A model generated the notes under the pieces. The model made no database searches. It was not told the origin of the DNA and was given only the letters and a program-made list of their open reading frames with translations. Below are positions 1 through 23,123 of a stretch of 64,000 bases of DNA, piece by piece. Within the stretch, counting starts at the first letter, position 1. Every line of letters begins with the position of its first letter. The position numbers and the translations under genes were made by a program. Source of the DNA: the human T2T-CHM13v2.0 reference genome, Homo sapiens; assembly GCF_009914755.1 (NCBI RefSeq), contig NC_060932.1; one strand, 5' to 3'.

Positions 1-282
<282 letters not shown>

Positions 283-1178
283 TCTTCTTTTTCAATATGG
301 TTTTGGCTATTCAAGGTGTTGTGAGATTCCATATGAAATTTAGAATGGGTTTTCCTATTTTTGCAAAAAAAAAAAAAAATCCCGAAAAGTCATTGGGGTT
401 TTAATGGGGATTGCATTGAATTTGTAGATCACTTGGGGTTATGTTGACCTCATTGACAGTATTAAGTCTTCTAATCCATGAACATGGGATGTGTTTCAAT
501 TTATATATGTCTTCACTAATTTCTTTCAGCAATGGCTTGTAGTTTTCATTGTACAAGTCTTTCACCTCCTTGGTTCAGCTAATATCAAATATTTTATTCT
601 TTTTGTTGCTATTGTAAATGGAATTGTTCTTGCAATTTCCTTTTCAGATTGTTCATTGTGTTTAGAAATGCAGTTGATTTTGTGTGTTGACTTGGTAACC
701 TGCTACTTTGCTGAATTCACTTACTAGCTCTTAACAGTTTTTTCTTTGGTGTGTGTGTGTGTGCATGTAATCTTTGTTTTTTTCTGCTTATAAGGTCTAT
801 CTGCAAACAGATAGTTTTACTTCTTCCTTTCCAACATAAATGCTTTTTATTTTATTTTTTTTCCTAAATGCTCTGGCTAGAACCTCCAGTACTACATTGA
901 ATAGAAGTTGCAAAAGTGGGCTTCCTTGTCTTCTCCCTGATCTTGGAGGAAAAGCTTTCAGTCTTTCACAATTGGGTATGATGTTTGCTGTGGATTTTCA
1001 CATATAGCTTTACGTTGAGGTAGTTTCCTGCTATTCCTAGTTTGTTGAGTGTTTTTATAATAAAAGGGTGCTAAATTTTGTCAAATGCCTTTTTACTGAA
1101 TCAACTGAGATGATCATGTGTTTTTCCCCTTCATTCTGCTAATTTAGTGTATTACATTGATCGATTTTTGTATATTGA

Positions 1179-1529
<351 letters not shown>

Positions 1530-2036
1530 TACAATCCTTTTAATATGCTGCTGAATTCAGTTTGCTAGTATTTTATGGAGGATTTTTACATCAGTGTTTG
1601 TAAAGGATACTAAAGAAAACTACAAATATTTGTCTGTAGTTTTCTTAGGTACTGTCTTTGGATTTGGTATCAGGACAATTCTGGCTACAGAATGAGTTAG
1701 AAAGTGTTCCTTTGTTAAAATAATTTTTTTTTTTTAGAAAAGTTTGAGGATTGGTATAGTTCTTTAAATGTTTGCTAGAATTCACTGGTGAAGCCATCAG
1801 GTCCAGGGTTTTTCTTTATCAGGAAATTTTTGATTACAAATTCAGTCTCTTTGTTATTGATCTATTCAGATTTTCTATTTCTCTATGATTTAGTGTTGGT
1901 AGGTTTTGTGTTTCTGTAAATGTGTCCATTTCATCTAGTGTATCCAACTTGTTGGCATATAATTGCTCACAGTACTATTATAATCCTTTATATTTCTGTA
2001 ACATCAGTAATAATGTCCCCATTTTCATTTCTGACT

Positions 2037-2349
<313 letters not shown>

Positions 2350-3418
2350 TAATTTCTGACTTTAGTAACGTGTCTTCTCTCATCTTTTCCTAGTCCATCC
2401 AGCTAAAAGTTTGTTGATTGCATTGTTTCAAAGAACCAATGTTTAGTTTCATTAATTTTCTCTGTTGTTCTTCTATTCCTTATGTTGTTTTTCTCTGCTC
2501 TAATCTTTAATATTTCTTTTTTTCTGTTAGCTTTTGGTTGTTTGCTTTTTTTCTTCTAGTTCCTTAAGTTGTAAAACTAGGTTATTGATTTGAGATCTTT
2601 CTTGTTTTTCAATGGAAATGTTTATAGTCATAAAGTACCCCTTAGCACTGTTTCACTGTGTCACATAAGCTTTGGTATGTTGTTTGCATCTTCACTTGTC
2701 TCTATTTTCTAATTCCTCTTATGATGTTTTCTTTGATCCATTGGTTAAGAGTGTGTTGTTTAATTTCCAGAAGTTGTGAATTTTCCAGTTTTACTTCTAT
2801 TGCTGATTTCTAACTCATCCTAATGTGATTGGAGAAGATACTTCATATCTTTTTACATGTATTGAGACTTAAATTGTGAAATATGGTGTATCCTGGAAGA
2901 TGTCCCATGTTGCACTTGGGAAGAATGTGTATGCTGTTGTTGGGTAGAGCATTTTGTATATGACTCTTACATTAGTTGGTTTCTATTTCTTTACTTATCT
3001 TCTGTGTGGTTGTTCTATCCGTTATTGAGAGTGGGGTACTGAAGTCTCCAAATGTCTGTAGAATCATCTATTTCTTTTTCAATTCTGTCAGTTTTTGTTT
3101 GATATATTCTGATGGACTGTCATTATGTGTGTGTAATGGTTATAATGTTTCTATCTTCCTGCTGTATTGAACCTTTATTAATAAAAGTCTTTTTTTTGTC
3201 TCCTGTAAACTTTTCTTTTTCCTTAAAGAGTCTTTTGAATAATTTACAGATTTAAGATCTTGCTATTCACCTGCTTTCCATCAGCACAGATAGCCAAAAT
3301 TTAGGTATACCTTTCATTCAAGAGAAAAATTAAGTGAGAGACTAACAGACAAAAGGAGATGACAGACAAAAGCCGGGATGGAGGTGAACGGATGGATATA
3401 AGGAGAAACATTTATTGA

Positions 3419-3843
<425 letters not shown>

Positions 3844-4546
3844 TACCCTTTCACTTTCAACCTATTTGTGTCTGGATCTAAAGTGAGTCTGTCATAGACA
3901 GCATATAGTTGAATCATGAGTTTTTATTCATTTTGTCAATTATGTTTTGACTGGAGAGTTTAACTCATTTACATTTAAAGTAATTACAAATAGGAAAATA
4001 CTTATTTCTGTCATTTTGCTTTATCCCCCTTATATGCCTTATAGTCTTTAACCTTTCATTTCCTGCATTACTGTTTTCCTTTGTCTTTAGTTGATTTTGC
4101 TGTGAAATGTTTAAATTCCTTTCCTGTTTCTTTTTGTGCCTATTCTATAGCGATTTTCTTTGTGTTTACCATGGTATTACCAAGTTTATAATGCTCAAAT
4201 TGGAATTCATGCCATCTTAATTTCAGTAACATACCAAAACCCTCTTTTACAGCTCCATCCCCAATCCTTTATGTTGTTAATGTCACAAAACTACATCCGT
4301 ATAAACCGTTTCTCCAAAAACATAAACAAATAATTTTTTTAAATTAATTACTTTCTTTCTTTCTTTCTTTTTTGAACCTGGGAGGTGGAGGTTGCAGTGA
4401 GCCAAGATCACAACACTGCACTTGAGCCTGGGTGATGGAGTGAGACTCTGTCTCAAAAATAAAATAAAATAAAATAAAATTAAGTGGAGTTACAAACCAA
4501 AGTTACAGTAACACTAGTGTTAGTACTAATAATTGTTTTGTGCTAG

Positions 4547-4898
<352 letters not shown>

Positions 4899-7019
4899 CA
4901 GTACTAATAATTGTTTTTAAATATATATTAGTCTCTCAAATAATGTAGAAAACAAAAAGTGCAGTTACAAGCCATTACTGCAATAACACTACTAGCTTTT
5001 ATAATCACCCATGTATTTACCATTATTCAGTTCTTTATTTCTTCATACAAGTTCAAATTACTGTCTAGTATTTTTTGACATTTCACTCTGCAGGAGTCCC
5101 TTGACTGTTCTTGCAAGGCAAGTCTAGTGGTTACATACTCCCTCAACTTCTGTTTATCTTAAAATGTCTTAATTTCTCCCTCATTTTTGAAGGACAGCTT
5201 TTGCCAGATATAAGATCTTTGGTTGACAGTTTTTTATTTGATTTTTGTTTTTTAGCATTTTAGCTAACTGCCTTTGGTATTCCAATGTTTCTGATGAGAA
5301 ATCTGTTGATAATCCCACTGAGTATCCTTTGTATGTGATGAGTTGCCTCTCTCTTGCTGCTTTCAAGATTCTTTTGCCTTTCAAAAGTTTGATTATGTGT
5401 CTTGGTGTGGATCTCCTTCAGTTAATCTTACTTGGAGAGTGAATTTCTTGGATGTTTATATTCATGTCTTTCATCAAATTTGGGAAGTTTTCAGCCATTA
5501 TTTCTCCAAATATTTTCTCTGCTGCTTTCTTTCTTCCCCTTGTGGAACTCCCACAATGTGTATGTTAGTCTACTTTATTGTGTTCCACAGGTTCTTTATG
5601 CTCTGTTCATTTTTTTTCAATTTTTTTTTCGTTCCTCAGACTCAGTACTTCCCAGTATCCTATCTTCAAGTTTGCTGATTCTTCTGCAGATTTCTGTTCA
5701 ACTATGCCTTTAAATCTCTTTACTAAATTTTGTCATTTTAGTTATTATACTTATCAGCTCTAGAATTTCTTTCTGATTTAGAGTTTGTGTCTTATTATTA
5801 ATAGTAAAAGCAATAAAATAAATAAATAGCACAGTTTTACTTTCTCCACATTTTCCTTTAGTTCTTTGAGCTCTTTAAGACAGGCTTTTTTCTTCATACT
5901 ACATGCCTCTTAGTATAAGACAGTTTTTAAAAGAGTCTTCGCCTAGTTTATCTGCCATCAGGTCTTTTTCAGAAAGTTTTTGTTGATTATTTTTTTTTTT
6001 ACTTTAAATGGGCCATGCTTTCCTGTTTCTTTGTAAGCCTTGTGATTTTTTTGTTGTTGTTGGAAACTGAGCATTTAAATATATTACTGTAGTAACTCTG
6101 GAAATCAGATTCTTCCCCTTCCCCAGGGCTTGCTGTTTTTGTTACTGTTTTTGCTTTTTTAAAAAAATTTTTGTCTCTGTGCCAAGAATCAGCCTGAGCT
6201 GTAAACTTAAGGTCTTCTCAGCTTTTCTGAGCCTCTCTTTGGGCATGCACAGTAACTTTCTAATTTTCCCTGTGTATGCAGTTGTTGAGGCTTTTCTCTT
6301 CACTTTTTTTTAAGACAGGGTCTCTGTTACCCAGGTTTTAGTGCAGTGGCACAATCATGTCTTATTGCAGTCTCACACTCCTGGGCTCAAGTGATCCTCC
6401 CACCTTGGTCTCTCAAGGATCTGGGATTACAGGCATGAGCCACCACATCTGACAATATATGCAGTTGTTTTGAATGGCCTAGTCTTAATGTCCGGCTCCC
6501 CAAAGGGAAAAAGGGTGCCAGCCTTTTAAATACCCCGAGAGCCACAGGAAAAAGACTTGCAACATTGGAGGGAAGTGCAACAATGGCCATCCACCTTCAT
6601 CTGTACCTTTGTAACCAGGAGGAGCAATCAGAGCACAGATCCCTGATATTTGGAGGACAGGGTCCTTTCTGCCCACTCTGGCTCCAACAAATTGTGTGTA
6701 AGCTGCTGCAGGAACACGTGCACAGCTGCCTGTCACAGGGCTGATTATGGGTAACTACTACTGTGCTAAAAGCTGAAATTGACTGAATTAACCACAATTT
6801 AGTGTCCAAGCCTTCCCCTGGAAGTTGCAAGCCTTGAACAGACCCTAGAATTCCAAAATAGTAACATCAGACTGATTTTGCCAGTACAATTGTCTTCCAG
6901 GTGGGGAGACAGATTCCTGGTGTTTCCCACTCCACCATCTTCCCAGAAACTTTACAGTATATGTGTTAACCAGCAGTGTTTTATGCCACCTCCCCCACAC
7001 TCCGAAATGCAATAGAAAA

Positions 7020-7777
7020 GTAAGGGTAGGGATAACTGGTGTCCCCTCTCACCACTGCATTTAATAACCCACTGGAATTTTTGCTTTCCATTCCTGAGAC
7101 CTTGGGATCAGAGACTTTAGAATCTTATCTTAGTGCTCAAGGAAGAAGCTCTCACCAGAGAACATGATCATGGTTCCAATTGATTGGCCGCTTTTAGGTC
7201 CCCATGCCACTGAACCAACTGGCAAAGACAGCAATTACTGTACTGACCAGGGTAATTGATTCTGATTATACTAGGGGGAAATATGGAAGCCAGGAAAAGT
7301 GTTTGCAACCCAGGGAATTCATTTGGGATGCTTTTAAGTACTCCCTTTCAATAGTCTTGGTCACTGAAACACTGCAATAGACCACAAAGAATTCATATCT
7401 TGCAGGAATGAAAATATGGGTTACCCTATTAGGTAAAGAACCCTGTCCAACTGAGGTACTGATGGAAGGGAAGGGCAATAGGTAAATGGGTGGTGAAAGG
7501 CAGTTCTGATTGCCAACATAAACCTTTGAGTAGATACGGAGGTAAATACTATAGCAGCCGGTTTTTAAATGATCTTCTCTCTTCCTTCAACCTCCATTAC
7601 CTTATATGAGTAACTCTGGTTGTGGTATCATTTTCGGTTTCAGGTGGGAATGAGTAAAATGACATAATCACACAATGATTCAGTATCTAATGGACTTTTT
7701 ATATCCCTGATGTTAAAGACATACTTTTCACATGGACAAAGAATAAAAGTGGATACAGGGGAGCAAAAGGGGTAGAC
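7020..7777 (+). mobile_element. ERVL internal relic (3' pol / dUTPase region) ending in a polypurine tract
   Basis: ITVLTRVIDSDY at 7234-7269 (HERV-L dUTPase VTVLAGVIDPDY); GGAATGAAAATATGGGTTACC resembles HERV-L GMKVWVT; PPT AAAAGGGGTAGAC precedes TGT. Confidence 0.78.
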
Positions 7778-8180
7778 TGTGCCAATTATTTTAATTTGTC
7801 CTCCATCCTTCTTCACTCTACTCCCTGCTCTAGAAAGCTGACCATATAGATTACAGCAGTGGGCTCTGTAAGTGTGGTTTTGACCTTGTTTGACTAACTG
7901 GAAACCCTAGCAAGAGCCTGAAGAGAAGAGAGTGAAGTCAGAGCACTTTTTCTCCTGGTTCCCTTTATGAGGTAATGTTGCCTGGGGCTGAATAGACGCT
8001 GTGACTGCAAATCACTGCTTTTCTCAAGGTGGCAGACTACACGCAACTTCCTTTGGGTTTCAGCAGCCACTCCTCATCCATTACAGCCTAGGAAAGGTAA
8101 CTAGGGCCAAGTGACTACTTGACATTCCCCTACACCAATAATCTTTCCTTGAGTTATTCTGTCTTCAGTATGGTGTTTCC
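7778..8180 (+). mobile_element. ERVL LTR (LTR33-like)
   Basis: Starts TG right after the PPT; AGCTGACC...TGGGCTC...GAGAGTGAAGTCAG resembles LTR33. Confidence 0.6.
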
Positions 8181-8945
8181 TAATGCCCAAGTGGATCTCT
8201 TGCACAACACGTACAACAGACGGAAGGTGCAAGAATGTCCTTAAAACAGTTTACAATAATCAAAACCTGGAAAAACTCTAAGTGCCCCACAGTAAAGTGG
8301 ATTGATAAACTGTGGTTTACTCACAAAATGGATTCTATAGCAGTCGAATGATATACAATATGCAATCCTATAAAAAACTTTAGCAATAACATTACGTGAA
8401 AAAAGGAAGCTCCAGAAAATATCACACATGTAGTAGTAGCATAATACCCTTTCTCTAAGGTAAAAATCTGATATTTTAAAACGTGATTTGTAGGAACACA
8501 CAGATGCAATAAAATTACATACAATAGAAAGCGAGGAATGATGAATGATTGAGGATTATAATTATAGTGGGTGGTAATGGGTTAATGTGTCCAATAGGTG
8601 ATTTGGTTAGTTCCTTTTAAGAAACAGGTTTTTATGGGCATTTATTATTTTAAAAAATAAACTTTCAAAAGGCGGGGGCATGCATGAATCGATGACAAGC
8701 GTGTCATAATGCATGCTGATTAATTCTGTATACTTGATGTTAAATTTAAAAGTGGAAGGGACTTATACAGGAAGCTATGAGAAATTAAAAGGTCCCAATT
8801 TAGCCTAGGGAATTAGGGAGATCTTTCTGGACCATCTCTGATGCCTAAAGTAGTCAAGTGAAAGGAGAGTTGACAGTGGGTGAGAAAAATTATTGCTGGC
8901 AGAGGATATAGCCTGAACAGAAGCCCTGGGGAGAGAAAAGGCATT

Positions 8946-8999
8946 TTTTTCTTTTATTATTTTTTCAAATTATACTTTAAGTTCTGGGATACATGTGCA
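8946..8999 (-). mobile_element. Ultra-short L1PA 3' end insertion
   Basis: T-tract plus ATTATACTTTAAGTTCTGGGATACATGTGCA; TSD AGAAAAGGCATT at 8934-8945 and 9000-9011. Confidence 0.85.
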
Positions 9000-9046
9000 A
9001 GAAAAGGCATTGTTTATAAAATGGCAGTTTTGTGTTAGTATAAGGT

Positions 9047-9533
9047 TGTGTTAGTTTTCTGTAAACGTTGTAACAAGTTACCACAATCTTGGTGGTTTAA
9101 AAAATTCTTTCACAGTTCTGGAGGCAGAAATCTGAAATCAGTATCATTAGGCCAAAATCGAGGGATTGACAGGGCTGCACTACTCTGGAGGATCTAGGGA
9201 AGAATGTTGTGTGCTTCTTCAGCTTCTGGTGGTTGGCTGCTGACATTACCTTGGCTTGTGGCTGCAGGACACCAATCTCTGACTCTGTGGTTTCACAGCC
9301 TTCTCCCTTCTGCATAAAATCTGCCTCTGCTCTCCTTTTATAAGGATACATGTGATTGATTTGGGGCCCACAGAGATAATCCAGGGTAATCTCCTATTTC
9401 AAGATCTCAAAATCTAAAAGAAACCCTTCCTCCTTTTTTGTTTTGCCATATAATGTAACGTTCACAGTTTTCAGGGATTAGGACAAACATATCTTTGGGA
9501 CTGGAGGAGGGGGTAATTTCTCAGCTTACCACA
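9047..9533. mobile_element. MaLR solo LTR (MLT1B/C-like)
   Basis: TGTGTTAG...CCACA ends; TCACAGTTCTGGAGGCAGAAATCTGAAATCAG and TATAAGGATACATGTGATT motifs. Confidence 0.82.
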
Positions 9534-9574
9534 AAGGTTTTGTGCAACATGTGAACTGTAAAAACACTCTTCTA

Positions 9575-14080
<4,506 letters not shown>

Positions 14081-14699
14081 ATACATGTAAGAATTGGAGA
14101 CAATATTTTTTATGCTTGAGGGTCTCTAAAGGCCTTGCTCAGGATCTGCTGCTTATAGTAAATGAAAGTTGAAAAAAATACATATTTATTTTATATGCTT
14201 TTACTGGTTAAGAATTACATTCCACTATCAGTAACAGAGATCCACTCAAGGATACTGAACAGCAATTCCCTAAAATTATCATGCACACACACATACAGAT
14301 GCTTCTTAACTGTATATATGTGTATATGTGTGTGTGTATAGGAAGCTCAGAAGGCAGAAAGTACTCTCATCCTTGCCCTTCCAGAGAGCTTTCCTAGAAA
14401 CTGTGTGCAATTCCCTATCTCATTGGCTAGAATTTAGTCACGTGGCCATATTTTGCTGCAATGGATGAAACATAACTTTCCAAATGGGACTTTGTTACAA
14501 ATAACGGAAGAATGGATATTAGGAGGCAAGTTGGCAATCTTTTCCTCAATGTCAGGGAGCAATCTCTTAATTACATTACTTTGAACAATAAAATACTCTG
14601 TATATAAGGTGGGGAGTAGTAGGGAGAAGACACGAGTCTAAAATAAGCTCAATTAACTCTACAATGTGTACATTTAGGGATCACTGATAGAACTGGCCT

Positions 14700-16660
<1,961 letters not shown>

Positions 16661-16949
16661 AACTGCACTTTTGAGCAACAAATGGGAGATAACATTCAAC
16701 ACTGCAATTTCAGCATGGTTTTCAAACTCTACATAGGAATGTAGACATAACACTTCTAAAATCTGTAGAAGACATTTCAGGAAGCACTTTAGTCGTTGTA
16801 CCTAAAATACATGTACCATATAAAAACATTCCAGTGTCAACAGCACTTTAAATTTTCACAGTAATATATGAAAGAACAGACTTTACACTTCTTTTGCACA
16901 GAATTATCTTTGCTATGTTTTAAAATACTTAAGAAATAGAAACAAATTT

Positions 16950-18230
16950 AAGAGAGTTTTCACCTTTAAAATTTATTACATAAGCTATACACACAAAATG
17001 AAATCCTAGTTATAAAAGATGCATCTAGAAGAATAATTTATAATAAACCAACAAAAATGAGAATGTGTATCTCCAGGAATATAAATATATTTAAATGTTC
17101 TCAGTGACTGGCATTGCTTTATGCATTACATAAGATAGTATGTACTAATTAAGGTATTGAATTCACTGGGTTTTAGAAGGCTTTAAAAAAAATCCAGATA
17201 AATCAACAACAAAAATACAGCTCAACTTTGAACTGCATTAAAATCCAGAATCTCTCATTTTAGATGACCATTCCTTATTCCCCTCAAAAGGTTTCCAACA
17301 GAAGCTATTTCACAAACTGATTATTAGAATGTCTTCTCCCCACTCTCCCCAAAAGCAAGTATGCATGGAAGTGCATGCTTTTAACCTTAAGAAATGTATT
17401 TTTGGTACCATTAATATAAAATTATAATATTTATATTTATAAAATTGTATATAAAAAGTATCAATAGACTATAACCTAAACAGTTTTAGAAAGATATCAA
17501 CAGCTTGCAAATATAAAAACCTTGTGCTATTAAAAGGTGTTTAACAAGGTAGTTATTAATACATTTGTTGTGTATATAATTACAAAAGTAAACCAAGAAA
17601 TATTTAAAATCTTTATTAACCCAAATTAGAATTATAAAAATGTTTGTCTCAAAAACAATGACTGTGATACTCAAGTACAGAATTGTGGTGCAGCCAGAAG
17701 TGGTTCAAGAGCCCTCCCGCAAATCATGACTTGCACTCTGGCTTTTAAGTGAAGACGAGGGAATCTCAAGGCAGATGGGAGGAGGGCATTTGAAGAAAAC
17801 AAAGATGACAAAAAAGATGGGAAGGACACAATGGTTAAGTAAGTTTCTTGTCAGATACAATAAACTATTTTTAGGAAGGATAAAATTAAAAGTGCTTAAT
17901 ACAAACAAAATTTAACGCTGCTAATTATTCTTAAGTGCCATAAAACATTAGTTACCAAAATAACTTTATTAAGAGTTGGCCAAACTTCAACTATTATTAC
18001 TATTACTACAGGGTCTTGTTCTAGCAAAGTTCCAATATTTATCAGTTATCTTACACATGACATTTATCTTAATATGTACATAAATATCAGGAAAGTTTAA
18101 ATACTTTTATTTTACTATTTTAATCTTTTCCTTAAAGATGCAGGGTTTCATACTACATCAATTAGGCGGACATGACAAAAATGACTTAAATAGGAACTGA
18201 ATATAAAGAATACTCGATACCATGACATCA
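16950..18230 (-). other. ATAD2: ATAD2 3'UTR (~1.3 kb, AU-rich)
   Basis: Non-repetitive AT-rich sequence after the stop codon; 3' end inferred from the poly(A) signal. Confidence 0.8.
16972..16977 (-). terminator. Likely main ATAD2 poly(A) signal
   Basis: TGTAATAAA on the minus strand (overlapping UGUA) with a downstream U/GU-rich tract (TTTGTTTCTATTTC). Further AATAAA at 17612-17617, 17965-17970 and 18106-18111. Confidence 0.7.
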
Positions 18231-18272
18231 TCATCTGGAACAACTGAAGTTTTCTACCTCTTGCTCCATTTT
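18231..18272 (-). CDS. ATAD2: ATAD2 last exon 28, coding part
   Basis: Pyrimidine tract plus CTAG|; KMEQEVENFSCSR-TGA, immediately followed by a second in-frame TGA. Confidence 0.96.
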   Translation of the reverse strand, partial: KMEQEVENFSCSR

Positions 18273-18747
18273 CTAGATAAAGGGGAGGAAGAGCAAATAG
18301 TAAGTTTCAATATGGAATAAGCTAAAGAAACATTTCATTACTTTTTCAGTAAACAACCTTAAGAATATTAATATTCAGGTATATATTTGATAGTGAAAAT
18401 AAACATTCAGTTCAGTATTTAAGACTGCCACATAGATTTTACCTGTAGGACTTCATTATTTAAATAACTTTGAAATGAGTCTGGGGTGCATTCATCTTAT
18501 GTTAAATTCAAATAGTATTAATCAAGGTACTGATGTAGTTAGAGTTTAGTATTTTACACTTTGTAGGTATCAATATTATATATATACTACATAGTATACT
18601 TTAGTAGGTATACTAAATACTATATATATACTAATGGTTATCATTTTTATATTTTGTAGTTACCAATAATATGCATATGTAAGTAATATCTTTTTTTAAA
18701 ATTTAGCACTCTCTAGTGAAATGATCTGTTATTAAAAATAATAATAA

Positions 18748-19795
<1,048 letters not shown>

Positions 19796-20034
19796 AATTA
19801 AGTTATAGATTGGAAAAATACTAAACTCACTTGCATTTAGAAATAATTCATAATCCACATATTAAAAATGATCTTTATGGAATGGGACATCAACTTTGGA
19901 AATAGAAAGATGGTCTTTAAGTTCCTACAATCAGTTTCTTACACAGATTAAATAAAGCCTCAACAATCCTACATAAGTGATATATTAATGTGACCACAAG
20001 AGCATTTGTAAAAAGTTTCCACTCAAGAGTTTAC

Positions 20035-20163
20035 CTGAATAAGTGATGTTTTATCATGGTCCTTGCGATGCCGATAAATACATTGGCTGATTACTGCATA
20101 CAAATTTTCCAACTGAAATATGTTGTAGTTTTGACTTTTTTTAACAACAGTCTTCAAAAGATT
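20035..20163 (-). CDS. ATAD2: ATAD2 exon 27 (129 bp)
   Basis: NLLKTVVKKSQNYNIFQLENLYAVISQCIYRHRKDHDKTSLIQ; TTAG| and |GTAAAC. Confidence 0.96.
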
Positions 20164-21966
20164 CTAAAAGAAAATATGAGTGTCAATATGTGTGAGAGAG
20201 AAACTTCCTCAGACAAGATACTTAATTTAGAAGGTTTGGGCAATTATTACAAGCCTGACAGAGGGTAGACCAAGCCATCTGATGACACAGGGCAGCCTCT
20301 GGCAGTGGCTCTGACATTTAAATGTACTTAAGTCTAGCTATAATCCTGGCCTTGACCTTGAGTAACTCATATTCTAAAAACTAGAGCTGAGGGGATTGCC
20401 AATTCTAAGTCTAGCCATAAGCATCTACAAACAAATTAAAAACTAACCTCAATTTAGATTAACAGGAGAAAAGCAAAGTTTTTTTGCAGGGGATTTTATG
20501 ATAGTATAAGTACATTTTAACTAATTTTATTATGTGAAACTAAAAAAGATACTACATAAATGGTGAACTACCTCACCACTTCAGGGTTCTTATATAAAAA
20601 GGATTTTCCATCTGCTAAGTGTTTTTTTTCTCATGACTAAAATGGTGGACTTACTGGATTTCTGTAATTCTTCAAGTCTGGCCCTACCAGAATATGCTGC
20701 CATTACCTCATAATTAACAAAAACACACCATTATAGTTAAGTAAAAACCAACTAAAATGGCCATAGGTAATGGTCATAAAAACAATGTATGGGACCAATA
20801 ATTTAGATCAGCAAGTTAAAAACTGCAATTTAATACATTAAATAGTCACCTCCAACTACATCCTTTATACAAATTATTCTATAGCAAGTATATCCTCTCA
20901 TAAAAGGCCATTATTTATTGCATGCCTAATGGATATATGGTACTATTACATAGTCTATTTTGATGGGTTATATGATCAGAAAAAGTAAATTGAAATAGTC
21001 TCAGTAATGAATTTAATTGACTCTGAATGACATACATGTATACTGAGCAGAACAAAGCTGTAAAATTTATAAAAATTAAGTAAAATAATAATTGCTACTC
21101 TTAACCCCAAACAACATAACACGGTGAACTTACACACAAGTTCCTGTTTCAGCACTAGGAATACATTTCACTGTCATGAGATTTACATGGGTTTTCAGTT
21201 CCACATATATTTTTTAATAGAGTTTTTCAGAAAGACTACAGTTTTTTGAGAGAAACTACTCCAGGAATATTGCTGCTTCCTTCTCTAAGAAGTGTAGACA
21301 TCAAGTTCTTATTAGCTCTGCTACATTCAAGAGAAAGGCTTTCCTAAGTTCATTAGTACTAACAGGTTCACTTTGTACTTAAACAGGGCAGATTTCCCTC
21401 TAAAATGCCAAAACTCTTATCTGTATTACAAATAATGTATCTCTGATAAACATATAATGTTTTCAGACTTGAAATGTGGCCAAAATAAAACAGGTAAATT
21501 GGAATTGGGATGCAAAATGTTTTTATTTTTGAAGGAAAAGGGCAAGAAATCAATCTTATTTCAAATATGTTAAGGCAACTGTAACACATCCAAGTTGTTG
21601 GTTGAGGAGATAAGACCGTTGTTTAGGTGTGTCAGGGTGTGGGGTTCCAGATGTAGGTTCACCGTTACAGAGGTGATGGCTATTCCAAAAGTACAGAATA
21701 ATAGAGCAAATGATCAGAAAAACCCTGAGGAGCTTACAAAAGTAATTGAAGGCAAGGATGATTTAAGGACACAACAGTCAAGGAAGAAGAGTTATCTATA
21801 GTGTCAAGTGTTACAGATATGGCAAGAAGAATTCAATTTAACAAAGGCAAGTATTATTAGCTATTAGGATGTCATTTTATTACAGTGGTTAGGATGAAAA
21901 TTGAATTTAGGGGAACAGGCAGGGGAACAGAATGAGCAACAGATAACCTGACAGCTGTCAGAATCA

Positions 21967-22137
<171 letters not shown>

Positions 22138-22356
22138 CTATTTTTTTTTTAAGAATTAAAAATCTATTTTATATTAAAAAATAATAGTAATAATTCTTTT
22201 TTTTTTTTTTTTTTTGGAGACAGAGTTTTGCTCTTGTCATCCAGGCTGGAAGGCACGATCTCGGCTTACTGCAACCTCCACCTCTGGGTTCAAGTGATTC
22301 TCCTGTCTCAGCCTCCCCAGTAGGCTGGGAATACAGGTGCCCACCACCACACCTAA

Positions 22357-22619
<263 letters not shown>

Positions 22620-22989
22620 TGATCCGCCCACCTCAGCCTCCCAAAGTGCTAGGATTACAGGCATGAGTCACTGCGCCCAGCCTAATTTTTTATTTTTAGT
22701 AAAGACAGGGTTTCACACTGTTGGCCAGGCTGGTCTCGAACTCCTGACCTCAGGTGATCCGCCCACCTCAGCCTCCCAAAGTGCTGGGATTACAGGCGTG
22801 AGCCACTGTGCCTGACCTAGTCTTAATTTGGAACAGGGGAAGGAGAAGAACAGTAAAGGGAAGCTTGGAGGAAAAAAAGTTTTACTTTTTCATGTAAATC
22901 CCATGTAGCCAGAATGCTACTAGTCACAAGCCAGTGTTTGGGGATTAGTAATCTGCAGAGTAAAAGCATTATGATTTCAATTTACATAC

Positions 22990-23123
22990 TTTTAATCGCT
23001 CATGATCCACAACAAGTGAGGGTGTAGGCTGAGAAAGAATTGCCAAAGCCTTTTCAACAGTGATGAGCTGCTGCTGTTCTACCTGGGAACGTCTAGCTCG
23101 AGTCATTCGCAGAACACACATTT
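22990..23123 (-). CDS. ATAD2: ATAD2 exon 26 (134 bp)
   Basis: EMCVLRMTRARRSQVEQQQLITVEKALAILSQPTPSLVVDHERLK; CTAG| and |GTATGT. Confidence 0.95.

Noticed and set aside
18575-18635. TA-rich inverted repeats (TAGTATAC...GTATACTA)
   Set aside because: Low-complexity TA sequence readily produces short palindromes
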